From the NCBI GenBank assembly GCA_964016885.1, contig OZ024741.1:394010001-394074000 (forward strand): 64,000 bases of DNA, given 5' to 3'. The stretch is from Eledone cirrhosa. Taxonomy: Eukaryota. The notes beneath the pieces are model-generated. The model did no database searches and was not told the DNA's origin. It saw only the letters and a program-made list of their open reading frames with translations. The translations under genes were made by a program, and so were the position numbers. The first letter of the stretch is position 1. Every line of letters begins with the position of its first letter. Shown piece after piece: positions 14,620-32,000 of this stretch.

Positions 14620-17430
14620 ATATTAACGCATGTGAAGTATTATATTGTAAACAATATTAAAACATGTGAAGTATTATATCATAAACAATATTAAAACATG
14701 TGAAGTATCATATTGTAAACAATATTAACGCATGTGAAGTATTATATTGTAAACAATATTAAAACATGTGAAGTATCATATCATAAACAATATTAACGCA
14801 TGTGAAGTTTTATATTATAAACAATATTAAAACATGTGAAGTATTATATCATATACAATATTAACACATGTTAATTATTATATCATAAAGAATATTAAAA
14901 CATGTGAAGTATTATACTGTAAACAATATTAAAACATGTGAAGTATTATATTGTAAACAATATTAAAACATGTGAAGTATTATATTGTAAACAATATTAA
15001 AACATGTGAAGTATTATATTGTAAACAATATTAACGCAGGTGAAGTATTATATTGTAAACAATATTAAAACATGTGAAGTATTATATCATAAACAATATT
15101 AACACATGTGAAGTATTATATCATAAACAATATTAAAACATGTGAAGTATTATATTGTAAACAATATTAAAACATGTGAAGTATTATGTCATAAACAATA
15201 TTAACACATCTGAAGTATTATATTGTAAACAATATTAACACATGTGAAGTATTATATCATAAACAATATTAAAACATGTGAAGTATTATATTCTTAACAA
15301 TATTAACACATGTGAAGTATTATATTGTAAACAATATTAAAACATGTGAAGTATTATATCATAAACAATATTAACGCATGTGAAGTATTATATTGTAAAC
15401 AATATTAAAACATGTAAAGTATTATATCATAAACAATATTAACGCATGTGAAGTATTATATTGTAAACAATATTAAAACATGTGAAGTATTATATCATAA
15501 ACAATATTAACACATGTGAAGTATTATATCATAAACAATATTAACACATGTGAAGTATTATATTGTAAACAATATTAAAACATGTGAAGTATTATATTGT
15601 AAACAATATTAAAACATGTGAAGTATTATATTGTAAACAATATTAACGCATGTGAAGTATTATATCATAAACAATATTAACACATGTGAAGTATTATATT
15701 GTAAACAATATTAACACATGTGAAGTATTAATTTTGTAAACAATATTAAAACATGTGAAGTATTATATTGTAAACAATATTAAAACATGTGAAGTATTAT
15801 ATTGTAAACAATATTAACGCATGTGAAGTATTATATCATAAACAATATTAACGCATGTGAAGTATTATATCATAAACAATATTAACACATGTGAAGTATT
15901 ATATTGTAAACAATATTAAAACATGTGAAGTATTATATTGTAAACAATATTAACACATGTAAAGTATTATATTGTAAACAATATTAAAACATGTGAAGTA
16001 TTATATTGTAAACAATATTAAAACATGTGAAGTATTATATTGTAAACAATATTAACACATGTAAAGTATTATATTGTAAACAATATTAACGCATGTGAAG
16101 TATTATATTGTAAACAATATTAAAACATGTGAAGTATTATATCATAAACAATATTAAAACATGTGAAGTATCATATTGTAAACAATATTAACGCATGTGA
16201 AGTATTATATTGTAAACAATATTAAAACATGTGAAGTATCATATCATAAACAATATTAACGCATGTGAAGTATTATATTATAAACAATATTAAAACATGT
16301 GAAGTATTATATCATATACAATATTAACACATGTTAATTATTATATCATAAAGTATATTAAAGCATGTGAAGTATTATACTGTAAACAATATTAAAACAT
16401 GTGAAGTATTATATTGTAAACAATATTAAAACATGTGAAGTATTATATTGTAAACAATATTAAAACATGTGAAGTATTATATTGTAAACAATATTAACGC
16501 ATGTGAAGTATTATATTGTAAACAATATTAAAACATGTGAAGTATTATATCATAAACAATATTAACACATGTGAAGTATTATATCATAAACAATATTAAA
16601 ACATGTGAAGTATTATATTGTAAACAATATTAAAACATGTGAAGTATTATGTCATAAACAATATTAACACATGTGAAGTATTATATTGTAAACAATATTA
16701 ACACATGTGAAGTATTATATCATAAACAATATTAAAACATGTGAAGTATTATATTGTAAACAATATTAACACATGTGAAGTATTATATTGTAAACAATAT
16801 TAAAACATGTGAAGTATTATATCATAAACAATATTAACGCATGTGAAGTATTATATTGTAAACAATATTAACACATGTAAAGTATTATATCATAAACAAT
16901 ATTAACGCATGTGAAGTATTATATCGTAAACAATATTAAAACATGTGAAGTATTATATCATAAACAATATTAACACATGTGAAGTATTATATCATAAACA
17001 ATATTAACACATGTGAAGTATTATATTGTAAACAATATTAAAACATGTGAAGTATTATATTGTAAACAATATTAAAACATGTGAAGTATTATATTGTAAA
17101 CAATATTAACGCATGTGAAGTATTATATCATAAACAATATTAACACATGTGAAGTATTATATTGTAAACAATATTAACACATGTGAAGTATTAATTTTGT
17201 AAACAATATTAAAACATGTGAAGTATTATATTGTAAACAATATTAAAACATGTGAAGTATTATATTGTAAACAATATTAACGCATGTGAAGTATTATATC
17301 ATAAACAATATTAACGCATGTGAAGTATTATATCATAAACAATATTAACACATGTGAAGTATTATATTGTAAACAATATTAAAACATGTGAAGTATTATA
17401 TTGTAAACAATATTAACACATGTAAAGTAT
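14620..17430. repeat. Tandem 43-monomer block (1463 bp); first copy also matches the window start at offset 14374
   Basis: cataaag at 516/14890/16353 and the 35-bp attaattttg monomer at 1357/15731/17194 give offsets 14374 and 1463. Confidence 0.85.
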
Positions 17431-20400
17431 TATTTTGTCAACAATATTAAAACATGTGAAGTATTATATTGTAAACAATATTAAATAATGTGAAGTATTA
17501 TATTGTAAATAATATTAACACATGTAAGGTATTATATTGTAAACAATATTAAAACATGTGAAGTATTATATTTTAAACAATATTAAAATATGTGAAGTAT
17601 TATATCATAAACAATATTAACACATGTGAAGTATTATATTGTAAACAATATTAAAACATGTGAAGTATAATATTGTAAACAATATTAACACATGTAAAGT
17701 ATTATATTGTAAACAATATTAAATCATGTGAAGTATTGTATCGTAAACAATATTAACACATGTGATGTATTATATTGTAAACAATATTAAAACATGTGAA
17801 GTATTATATCATAAACAATATAAACGCATGTGAAGTATTATATTGTAAACAATATTAAAACATGTGAAGTATTATATCATAAACAATATTAAAACATGTG
17901 AAGTATCATATTGTAAACAATATTAACGCATGTGAAGTATTATATTGTAAACAATATTAAGACATGTGAAGTATCATATCATAAACAATATTAACGCATG
18001 TGAAGTATTATATTATAAACAATATTAAAACATGTGAAGTATTATATCATATACAATATTAACACATGTTAATTATTATATCATAAACAATATTAAAACA
18101 TGTGAAGTATTATACTGTAAACAATATTAAAACATGTGAAGTATTATATTGTAAACAATATTAAAACATGTGAAGTATTATATTGTAAACAATATTAAAA
18201 CATGTGAAGTATTATATTGTAAACAATATTAACGCATGTGAAGTATTATATCATAAACAATATTAACACATGTGAAGTATTATATTGTAAACAATATTAA
18301 AACGTGAAGTATTATATTGTAAACAATATTAACACATGTAAAGTATTATATTGTAAACAATATTATAACATGTGAAGCATTATATTGTAAACAATATTAA
18401 AACATGTGAAGTATTATATTGAAAACAATATTAACACATGTAAAGTATTATATTGTAAACAATATTAAAACATGTGAAGTATTATATTGTAAACAATATT
18501 AACGCATGTGAAGTATTATATTGTAAACAATATTAAAACATGTGAAGTATTATATCATAAACAATATTAACACATGTGAAGTATTATATCATAAACAATA
18601 TTAAAACATGTGAATTATTATATTGTAAATAATATTAAAACATGTGAAGTATTATGTCATAAACAATATTAACACATGTGAAGTATTATATTGTAAACAA
18701 TATTAACACATGTGAAGTATTATATCATAAACTATATTAAAACATGTGAAGTATTATATTGTAAACAATATTAACACATGTGAAGTATTATATTGTAAAC
18801 AATATTAAAACATGTGAAGTATTATATCATAAACAATATTAACGCATGTGAAGTATTATATTGTAAACAATATTAAAACATGTAAAGTATTATATCATAA
18901 ACAATATTAACGCATGTGAAGTATTATATTGTAAACAATATTAAAATATGTGTAGTATTATATCATAAACAATATTAACACATGTGAAGTATTATATCAT
19001 AAACAATATTAAAACATGTGAAGTATTATATTGTAAACAATATTAACGCATGTGAAGTATTATATTGTAAACAATATTAAAACATGTGAAGTATTATATC
19101 ATAAACAATATTAACGCATGTGAAGTATTATATTGTAAACAATATTAAAACATGTGAAGTATTATATCATAAACAATATTAACACATGTGAAGTATTATA
19201 TCATAAACAATATTAACACATGTGAAGTATTATATCATAAACAATATTAAAACATGTGAAGTATTATATTGAAAACAATATTAAAACATGTGAGGTATTA
19301 TATTGTAAACAATATTAACACATGTGAAGTATTATATTGTAAACAATATTAAAACATGTGAAGTATTATATTGTAAACAATATTAACACATGTGATGTAT
19401 TATATTGTAAACAATATTAACACATGTGAAGTATTATATTGTAAACAATATTAAAACATGTGAAGTATTATATTGTAAACAATATTAACACATGTAAAGT
19501 ATTATATTGTAAACAATAGTAAAACATGTGAAGTATGATATCATAAACAATATTAACACATGTGAAGTATTATATTGTAAACAATATTAAAACATGTGAA
19601 ATATTATATTGTAAACAATATTAAAACATGTGAATTATTATATTGTAAACAATATTAACACATGTGAAGTATTATATTGTAAACAATATTAAAACATGTG
19701 AAGTATTATATTGTAAACAATATTAACACATGTGAAGTATTATATTGTAAACAATATTAACACATGTGAAGTATTATATTGTAAACAATATTAAAACATG
19801 TGAAGTATTATATTGTAAACAATATTAACACATGTAAAGTATTATATTGTAAACAATATTAAAACATGTGAAATATTATATCATAAACAATATTAACACA
19901 TGTGAAGTATTATATTGTAAACAATATTAAAACATGTGAAGTATTATATTGTAAACAATATTAAAACATGTGAAGTATTATATTGTAAACAATATTAACA
20001 CATGTAAAGGATTATATTGTAAACAATATTAAAACATGTGATGTATTATATCATAAACAATATTAACACATGTGAAGTATTATATGGTAAACAATATTAA
20101 AACATGTGAATTATTATATTGTAAACAATATTAAAACATGTGAAGTATTATATTGTAAACAATATTAAAACATGTGAAGAACTATATCATAAACAATATT
20201 AAAACATGTGAAGTATTATATTGTAAACAATATTAACACATGTGAAGTATTATATTGTAAACAATATTAACACATGTGAAGTATTATATTGTAAACAATA
20301 TTCAAACATGTGAAGTATTATATTGTAAACAATATAAACACATGTAAAGTATTATATTGTAAACAATATTAACACATGTGAAGTATTATATCATAAACAA

Positions 20401-22399
20401 TATTAACACATGTGAAGTATTATATTGTAAACAATATTAAAACATGTGAAGTATTATATTGTAAACAATATTAAAACATGTGAAGTATTATATTGTAAAC
20501 AATATTAACGCATGTGAAGTATTATATCATAAACAATATTAACACATGTGAAGTATTATATTGTAAACAATATTAACAAATGTGAAGTATTATATTGTAA
20601 ACAATATTAAAACATGTGAAGTATTATATTGTAAACAATATTAAAACATGTGAAGTATTATATTGTAAACAATATTAACGCATGTGAAGTATTATATCAT
20701 AAACAATATTAACGCATGTGAAGTATATCATAAACAATATTAACACATGTGAAGTATTATATTGTAAACAATATTAAAACATGTGAAGTATTATATTGTA
20801 AACAATATTAACACATGTAAAGTATTATATTGTAAACAATATTAAAACATGTGAAGTACTATATTGTAAACAATATTAAAACATGTGAAGTATTATATCA
20901 TAAACAATATTAACGCATGTGAAGTATTATATTGTAAACAATATTAACACATGTGAAGTATTATATTGTAAACAATATTAAAACATGTGAAGTATTATAT
21001 TGTAAACAATATTAACACATGTGAAGTATTATATTGTAAACAATATTAACACATGTGAAGTATTATATTGTAAACAATATTAAAACATGTGAAGTATTAT
21101 ATTGTAAACAATATTAACACATGTAAAGTATTATATTGTAAACAATATTAAAACATGTGAAATATTATATCATAAACAATATTAACACATGTGAAGTATT
21201 ATATTGTAAACAATATTAAAACATGTGAAGTATTATATTGTAAACAATATTAAAACATGTGAGGTATTATATCATAAACAATATTAACACATGTGAAGTA
21301 TTATATGGTAAACAATATTAAAACATGTGAAGTATTATATTGTAAACAATATTAAAACATGTGAAGTATTATATTGTAAACAATATGAAAACATTGAAGT
21401 ACTATATCATAAACAATATTAAAACATGTGAAGTATTATATTGTAAACAATATTAACACATGTGAAGTAATATATTGTAAACAATATTAACACATGTGAA
21501 GTATTATATTGTAAACAATATTAAAACATGTGAAGTATTATATTGTAAACAATATAAACACATGTAAAGTATTATATTGTAAACAATATTAACACATGTG
21601 AAGTATTATATCATAAACAATATTAACACATGTAAAGTATTATATTGTAAACAATATTAAAACATGTGAAGTATTATATTGTAAACAATATTAAAACATG
21701 TGAAGTATTATATCATAAACAATATTAACGCATGTGAAGTATTATATTGTAAACAATATTAAAACATGTGAAGTATTATATCATAAACAATATTAAAACA
21801 TGTGAAGTATCATATTGTAAACAATATTAACGCATGTGAAGTATTATATTGTAAACAATATTAAAACATGTGAAGTATTATATCATAAACAATATTAACG
21901 TATGTGAAGTATTATATTATAAACAATATTAAAACATGTAAAGTATTATATCATAAACAATATTAACGCATGTGAAGTATTATATTGTAAACAATATTAA
22001 AACATGTGAAGTATTATATCATAAACAATATTAACACATGTGAAGTATTATATCATAAACAATATTAACACATGTGAAGCATTATATTGTAAACAATATT
22101 AAAACATGTGAAGTATTATATTGTAAACAATATTAAAACATGTGAAGTATTATATTGTAAACAATATTAACGCATGTGAAGTATTATATCATAAACAATA
22201 TTAACACATGTGAAGTATTATATTGTAAACAATATTAACACATGTGAAGTATTATATTGTAAACAATATTAAAACATGTGAAGTATTATATTGTAAACAA
22301 TATTAAAACATGTGAAGTATTATATTGTAAACAATATTAACGCATGTTAAGTATTATATCATAAACAATATTAACGCATGTGAAGTATTATATCATAAA

Positions 22400-25300
22400 C
22401 AATATTAACACATGTGAAGTATTATATTGTAAACAATATTAAAACATGTGAAGTATTATATTGTAAACAATATTAACACATGTAAAGTATTATATTGTAA
22501 ACAATATTAAAACATGTGAAGTATTATATTGTAAACAATATTAAAACATGTGAAGTATTATATTGTAAACAATATTAACACATGTAAAGTATCATATTGT
22601 AAACAATATTAAAACATGTGAAGTATTATATTGTAAACAATATTAAAACATGTGAAGTATTATATCATAAACAATATTAACACATGTGAAGTATTATATT
22701 GTAAACAATATTAAAACATGTGAAGTATAATATTGTAAACAATATTAACACATGTAAAGTATTATATTGTAAACAATATTAAATCATGTGAAGTATTGTA
22801 TCGTAAACAATATTAACACATGTGAAGTATTATATTGTAAACAATATTAAAACATGTGAAGTATTATATCATAAACAATATAAACGCATGTGAAGTATTA
22901 TATTGTAAACAATATTAAAACATGTGAATATTATATCATAAACAATATTAAAACATGTGAAGTATCATATTGTAAACAATATTAACGCATGTGAAGTATT
23001 ATATTGTAAACAATATTAAAACATGTGAAGTATCATATCATAAACAATGTTAACGCATGTGAAGTATTATATAATAAACAATATTAAAACATGTGAAGTA
23101 TTATATCATTTACAATATTAACACATGTTAATTATTATATCATAAACAATATTAAAACATGTGAAGTATTATACTGTAAACAATATTAAAACATGTGAAG
23201 TATTATATTGTAAACAATATTAAAACATGTGAAGTATTATATTGTAAACAATATTAAAACATGTGCAGTATTATATTGTAAACAATATTAACGCATGTGA
23301 AGTATTATATCATAAACAATATTAACACATGTGAAGTATTATATTGTAAACAATATTAAAACGTGAAGTATTATATTATAAACAATATTAACACATGTAA
23401 AGTATTATATTGTAAACAATATTAAAACATGTGAAGCATTATATTGTAAACAATATTAAAACATGTGAAGTATTATATTGAAAACAATATTAACACATGT
23501 AAAGTATTATATTGTAAACAATATTAAAACATGTCAAGTATTATATTGTAAACAATATTAACGCATGTGAAGTATTATATTGTAAACAATATTAAAACAT
23601 GTGAAGTATTATATCATAAACAATATTAACACATGTGAAGTATTATATCATAAACAATATTAAAACATGTGAAGTATTATATTGTAAACAATATTAAAAC
23701 ATGTGAAGTATTATATCATAAACAATATTAACGCATGTGAAGTATTATATTGTAAACAATATTAAAACATGTAAAGTATTATATCATAAACAATATTAAC
23801 GCATGTGAAGTATTATATTGTAAACAATATTAAAACATGTGAAGTATTATATCATAAACAATATTAACACATGTGAAGTATTATATCATAAACAATATTA
23901 AAACATGTGAAATATTATATTGTAAACAATATTAACGCATGTGAAGTATTATATTGTAAACAATATTAAAACATGTGAAGTATTATATCATAAACAATAT
24001 TAACGCATGTGAAGTATTATATTGTAAACAGTATTAAAACATGTGAAGTATTATATCATAAACAATATTAACACATGTGAAGTATTATATTGTAAACAAT
24101 ATTAAAACATGTGAAGTATTATATTGTAAACAATATTAACACATGTAAAGTATTATATTGTAAACAATAGTAAAACATGTGAAGTATGATATCATAAACA
24201 ATATTAACACATGTGAAGTATTATATTGTAAACAATATTAAAACATGTGAAATATTATATTGTAAACAATATTAAAACATGTGAATTATTATATTGTAAA
24301 CAATATTAACACATGTGAAGTATTATATTGTAAACAATATTAAAACATGTGAAGTATTATATTGTAAACAATATTAACACATGTGAAGTATTATATTGTA
24401 AACAATATTAACACATGTGAAGTATTATATTGTAAACAATATTAAAACATGTGAAGTATTATATTGTAAACAATATTAAAACATGTGAAGTATTATATTG
24501 TAAACAATATTAACACATGTAAAGTATCATATTGTAAGCAATATTAAAACATGTGAAGTATTATATTGTAAACAATATTAAAACATGTGAAGTATTATAT
24601 CATAAACAATATTAACACATGTGAAGTATTATATTGTAAACAATATTAAAACATGTGAAGTATAAAATTGTAAACAATATTAACACATGTAAAGTATTAT
24701 ATTGTAAACAATATTAAATCATGTGAAGTATTGTATCGTAAACAATATTAACACATGTGAAGTATTATATTGTAAACAATATTAAAACATGTGAAGTATT
24801 ATATCATAAACAATATAAACGCATGTGAAGTATTATATTGTAAACAATATTAAAACATGTGAATATTATATCATAAACAATATTAAAACATGTGAAGTAT
24901 CATATTGTAAACAATATTAACGCATGTGAAGTATTATATTGTAAACAATATTTAAACATGTGAAGTATCATATCATAAACAATATTAACGCATGTGAAGT
25001 ATTATATTATAAACAATATTAAAACATGTGAAGTATTATATCATATACAATATTAACACATGTTAATTATTATATCATAAACAATATTAAAACATGTGAA
25101 GTATTATACTGTAAACAATATTAAAACATGTGAAGTATTATATTGTAAACAATATTAAAACATGTGAAGTATTATATTGTAAACAATATTAAAACATGTG
25201 AAGTATTATATTGTAAACAATATTAACGCATGTGAAGTATTATATCATAAACAATATTAACACATGTGAAGTATTATATTGTAAACAATATTAAAACGTG

Positions 25301-26000
25301 AAGTATTATATTATAAACAATATTAACACATGTAAAGTATTATATTGTAAACAATATTAAAACATGTGAAGCATTATATTGTAAACAATATTAAAACATG
25401 TGAAGTATTATATTGAAAACAATATTAACACATGTAAAGTATTATATTGTAAACAATATTAAAACATGTGAAGTATTATATTGTAAACAATATTAACGCA
25501 TGTGAAGTATTATATTGTAAACAATATTAAAACATGTGAAGTATTATATCATAAACAATATTAACACATGTGAAGTATTATATCATAAACAATATTAAAA
25601 CATGTGAAGTATTATATTGTAAACAATATTAAAACATGTGAAGTATTATATCATAAACAATATTAACGCATGTGAGGTATTATATTGTAAACAATATTAA
25701 AACATGTAAAGTATTATATCATAAACAATATTAACGCATGTGAAGTATTATATTGTAAACAATATTAAAACATGTGAAGTATTATATCATAAACAATATT
25801 AACACATGTGAAGTATTATATCATAAACAATATTAAAACATGTGAAATATTATATTGTAAACAATATTAACGCATGTGAAGTATTATATTGTAAACAATA
25901 TTAAAACATGTGAAGTATTATATCATAAACAATATTAACGCATGTGAAGTATTATATTGTAAACAATATTAAAACATGTGAAGTATTATATCATAAACAA
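22400..26000. repeat. Duplication with offset ~1935 bp (~57 monomers) of the block also seen at 1.7-2.6, 4.0-4.9 and 17.6-18.5 kb
   Basis: ttgtatcgt 22802/24737, shared 1-bp deletion gtgaatatta (~22928/~24863) and ttgaaaac 23481/25416. Confidence 0.85.
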
Positions 26001-29000
26001 TATTAACACATGTGAAGTATTATATCATAAACAATATTAACACATGTGAAGTATTATATCATAAACAATATTAAAACATGTGAAGTATTATATTGTAAAC
26101 AATATTAAAACATGTGAGGTATTATATTGTAAACAATATTAAAACATGTGAAGTATTATATCATAAACAATATTAAAACATGTGAAGTATTATATTGTAA
26201 ACAATATTAACACATGTGAAGTATTATATTGTAAACAATATTAACACATGTGAAGTATTATATTGTAAACAATATTAAAACATGTGAAGTATTATATTGT
26301 AAACAATATTAACACATGTAAAGTATTATATTGTAAACAATAGTAAAACATGTGAAGTATGATATCATAAACAATATTAACACATGTGAAGTATTATATT
26401 GTAAACAATATTAAAACATGTGAAATATTATATTGTAAACAATATTAAAACATGTGAATTATTATATTGTAAACAATATTAACACATGTGAAGTATTATA
26501 TTGTAAACAATATTAAAACATGTGAAGTATTATATTGTAAACAATATTAACACATGTGAAGTATTATATTGTAAACAATATTAACACATGTGAAGTATTA
26601 TATTGTAAACAATATTAAAACATGTGAAGTATTATATTGTAAACAATATTAAAACATGTAAAGTATTATATTGTAAACAATATTAAAACATGTGAAATAT
26701 TATATCATAAACAATATTAACACATGTGAAGTATTATATTGTAAACAATATTAAAACATGTGAAGTATTATATTGTAAACAATATTAAAACATGTGAAGT
26801 ATTATTTTGTAAACAATATTAACACATGTAAAGGATTATATTGTAAACGATATTAAAACATGTGAGGTATTATATCATAAACAATATTAACACATGTGAA
26901 GTATTATATGGTAAACAATATTAAAACATGTGAAGTATTATATTGTAAACAATATTAAAACATGTGAAGTATTATATTGTAAACAATATTAAAACATGTG
27001 AAGTACTATATCATAAACAATATTAAAACATGTGAAGTATTATATTGTAAACAATATTAACACATGTGAAGTATTATATTGTAAACAATATTAAAACATG
27101 TGAAGTATTATATTGTAAACAATATTAACACATGTGAAGTATTATATTGTATACAATATTAACACATGTAAAGGATTATATTGTAAACAATATTAAAACA
27201 TGTGAGGTATTATATCATAAACAATATTAACACATGTGAAGTATTATATGGTAAACAATATTAAAACATGTGAAGTATTATATTGTAAACAATATTAAAA
27301 CATGTGAAGTATTATATTGTAAACAATATTAAAACATGTGAAGTATTATATCATAAACAATATTAAAACATGTGAAGTATTATATTGTAAACAATATTAA
27401 CACATGTGAAGTATTATATCATAAACAATATCAAAACATGTGAAGTATTATATTGTAAACAATATTAACACATGTGAAGTATTATATTGTAAACGATATT
27501 AAAACATGTGAAGTATTATATTATAAACAATATTAACACATGTGAAGTATTATATTGTAAACAATATTAACGCATGTGAAGTATTATATCATAAACAATA
27601 TTAAAACATGTGAAGTATTATATTGTAAACAATATTAACACATGTAAAGTATTATATTGTAAACAATATTAAAACATGTGAAGTATTATATCATAAACAA
27701 TATTAACACATGTGAAGTATTATATGGTAAACAATATTAAAACATGTGAAGTATTATATTGTAAACAATATTAACACATGTGAATTATTATATTGTAAAC
27801 AATATTAACACATGTGAAGTATTATATTGTAAACAATATTAAAACATGTGAAGTATTATATTGTAAACAATATTAACACATGTGAAGTATTATATTGTAA
27901 ACAATATTAAACACATGTGAAGTATTATATTGTAAACAATATTAAAACATGTGAAGTATTATATTGTAAACAATATTAACACATGTGAAGTATTATATTG
28001 TAAACAATATTAACACATGTGAAGTATTATATTGTAAACAATATAAACACATGTAAAGTATTATATTGTAAACAATATTAAAACATGTGAAGTATTATAT
28101 TGTAAACAATATTAACACATGTGAAGTATTATATCATAAACAATATTAAAACATGTGAAGTATTATATTGTAAACAATATTAAAACATGTGTAGTATTAT
28201 ATCATAAACAATATTAACGCATGTGAAGTATTATATTGTAAACAATATTAACACATGTGAAGTATTATGTCATAAACAATATTAAATGATGTGAAGTATT
28301 ATATTGTAAACAATATTAAAACATGTGAAGTATTATATCATAAACAATATTAACACATGTGAAGTATTATATCATAAACAATATTAAAACATGTGAAGTA
28401 TTATATCATAAACAATATTAACGCATGTGAAGTATTATATTGTAAACAATATTAAAACATGTGAAGTATTATATCATAAACAATATTAAAACATGTGAAG
28501 TATTATATTGTAAACAATATTAACACATGTGAAGTATTATATTGTAAACAATATTAACACATGTGAAGTATTATATTATAAACAATATTAAAACATGTGA
28601 AGTATTATATTGTAAACAATATTAACACATGTAAAGTATTATATTGTAAACAATAGTAAAACATGTGAAGTATGATATCATTAACAATATTAACACATGT
28701 GAAGTATTATATTGTAAACAATATTAACACATGTGAAGTATTATATTGTAAACAATATTAACACATGTAAAGGATTATATTGTAAACAATATTAAAACAT
28801 GTGAGGTATTATATCATAAACAATATTAACACATGTGAAGTGTTATATGGTAAACAATATTAAAACATGTGAAGTATTATATTGTAAACAATATTAAAAC
28901 ATGTGAAGTATTATATTGTAAACAATATTAAAACATGTGAAGTATTATATCATAAACAATATTAAAACATGTGAAGTATTATATTGTAAACAATATTAAC

Positions 29001-32000
29001 ACATGTGAAGTATTATATCATAAACAATATCAAAACATGTGAAGTATTATATTGTAAACAATATTAACACATGTGAAGTATTATATCATAAACAATATTA
29101 AAACATGTGAAGTATTATATTGTAAACAATATTAAAACATGTGAAGTATTATATCATAAACAATATTAACGCATGTGAAGTATTATATTGTAAACAATAT
29201 TAAAACATGTAAAGTATTATATCATAAACAATATTAACGCATGTGAAGTATTATATTGTAAACAATATTAAAACATGTGAAGTATTATATCATAAACAAT
29301 ATTAACACATGTGAAGTATTATATCATAAACAATATTAAAACATGTGAAGTATTATATTGTAAACAATATTAACGCATGTGAAGTATTATATTGTAAACA
29401 ATATTAAAACATGTGAAGTATTATATCATAAACAATATTAACGCATGTGAAGTATTATATTGTAAACAATATTAAAACATGTGAAGTATTATATCATAAA
29501 CAATATTAAAACATGTGAAGTATTATATTGTAAATAATATTAAAACATGTGAGGTATTATATTGTAAACAATATTAACACATGTGAAGTATTATATTGTA
29601 AACAATATTAAAACATGTGAAGTATTATATTGTAAACAATATTAACACATGTGAAGTATTATATTGTAAACAATATTAACACATGTGAAGTATTATATTG
29701 TAAACAATATTAAAACATGTGAAGTATTATATTGTAAACAATATTAACACATGTGAAGTATTATATTGTAAACAATAGTAAAACATGTGAAGTATGATAT
29801 CATAAACAATATTAACACATGTGAAGTATTATATTGTAAACAATATTAAAACATGTGAAATATTATATTGTAAACAATATTAAAACATGTGAAGTATTAT
29901 ATTGTAAACAATATTAACACATGTGAAGTATTATATTGTAAACAATATCAAAACATGTGAAGTATTATATTGTAAACAATATTAACACATGTGAAGTATT
30001 ATATTGTAAACAATATTAACACATGTGAAGTATTATATTGTAAACAATATTAAAACATGTGAAGTATTATATTGTAAACAATATTAACACATGTAAAGTA
30101 TTATATTGTAAACAATATTAAAACATGTGAAATATTATATTATAAACAATATTAACACATGTGAAGTATTATATTGTAAACAATATTAAAACATGTGAAG
30201 TATTATATTGTAAACAATATTAAAACATGTGAAGTATTATATTGTAAACAATATTAACACATGTAAAGGAGTATATTTTAAACAATATTAAAACATGTGA
30301 GGTATTATATCATAAACAATATTAACACATGTGAAGTATTATATGGTAAACAATATTAAAACATGTGAAGTATTATATTGTAAACAATATTAAAACATGT
30401 GAAGTATTATATTGTAAACAATATTAAAACATGTGAAGTATTATATCATAACCAATACTAAAACATGTGAAGTATTATATTGTAAACAATATTAACACAT
30501 GTGAAGTATTATATCATAAACAATATCAAAGCATGTGAAGTATTATATTGTAAACAATATTAACACATGTGAAGTATTATATTGTAAACAATATTAAAAC
30601 ATGTGAAGTATTATATTATAAACAATATTAACACATGTGAAGTATTATATTGTAAACAATATTAACACATGTGAAGTATTATATCATAAACAATATTAAA
30701 ACATGTGAAGTATTATATTGTAAACAATATTAACACATGTAAAGTATTATATTGTAAACAATATTAAAACATGTGAAGTATTATATCATAAACAATATTA
30801 ACACATGTGAAGTATTATATGGTAAACAATATTAAAACATGTGAAGTATTATATTGTAAACAATATTAACACATGTGAATTATTATATTGTAAACAATAT
30901 TAACTCATGTGAAGTATTATATTGTAAACAATATTAAAACATGTGAAGTATTATATTGTAAACAATATTAACACATGTGAAGTATTATATTGTAAACAAT
31001 ATTAACACATGTGAAGTATTATATTGTAAACAATATTAAAACATGTGAAGTATTATATTGTAAACAATATAAACACATGTAAAGTATTATATTGTAAACA
31101 ATATTAAAACATGTGAAGCATTATATTGTAAACAATATTAACACATGTGAAGTATTATATCATAAACAATATTAAAACATGTGAAGTATTATATTGTAAA
31201 CAATATTAAAACATGTGAAGTATTATATCATAAACAATATTAACGCATGTGAAGTATTATATTGTAAACAATATTAAAACATGTAAAGTATTATATGATA
31301 AACAATATTAACGCATGTGAAGTATTATATTGTAAACAATATTAAAACATGTGAAGTATTATATCATAAACAATATTAACACATGTGAAGTATTATATCA
31401 TAAACAATATTAAAACATGTGAAGTATTATATTGTAAACAATATTAACGCATGTGAAGTATTATATTGTAAACAATATTAAAACATGTGAAGTATTATAT
31501 TGTAAACAATATTAAAACATGTGAAGTATTATATCATAAACAATATTAAAACATGTGAAGTATTATATTGTAAACAATATTAACACATGTGAAGTATTAT
31601 ATCATAAACAATATCAAAACATGTGAAGTATTATATTGTAAACAATATTAACACATGTGAAGTATTATATTGTTAACAATATTAAAACATGTGAAGTATT
31701 ATATTATAAACAATATTAACACATGTGAAGTATTATATTGTAAACAATATTAACACATGTGAAGTATTATATCATAAACAATATTAAAACATGTGAAGTA
31801 TTATATTGTAAACAATATTAACACATGTAAAGTATTATATTGTAAACAATATTAAAACATGTGAAGTATTATATCATAAACAATATTAACACATGTGAAG
31901 TATTATATGGTAAACAATATTAAAACATGTGAAGTATTATATTGTAAACAATATTAACACATGTGAATTATTATATTGTAAACAATATTAACACATGTGA

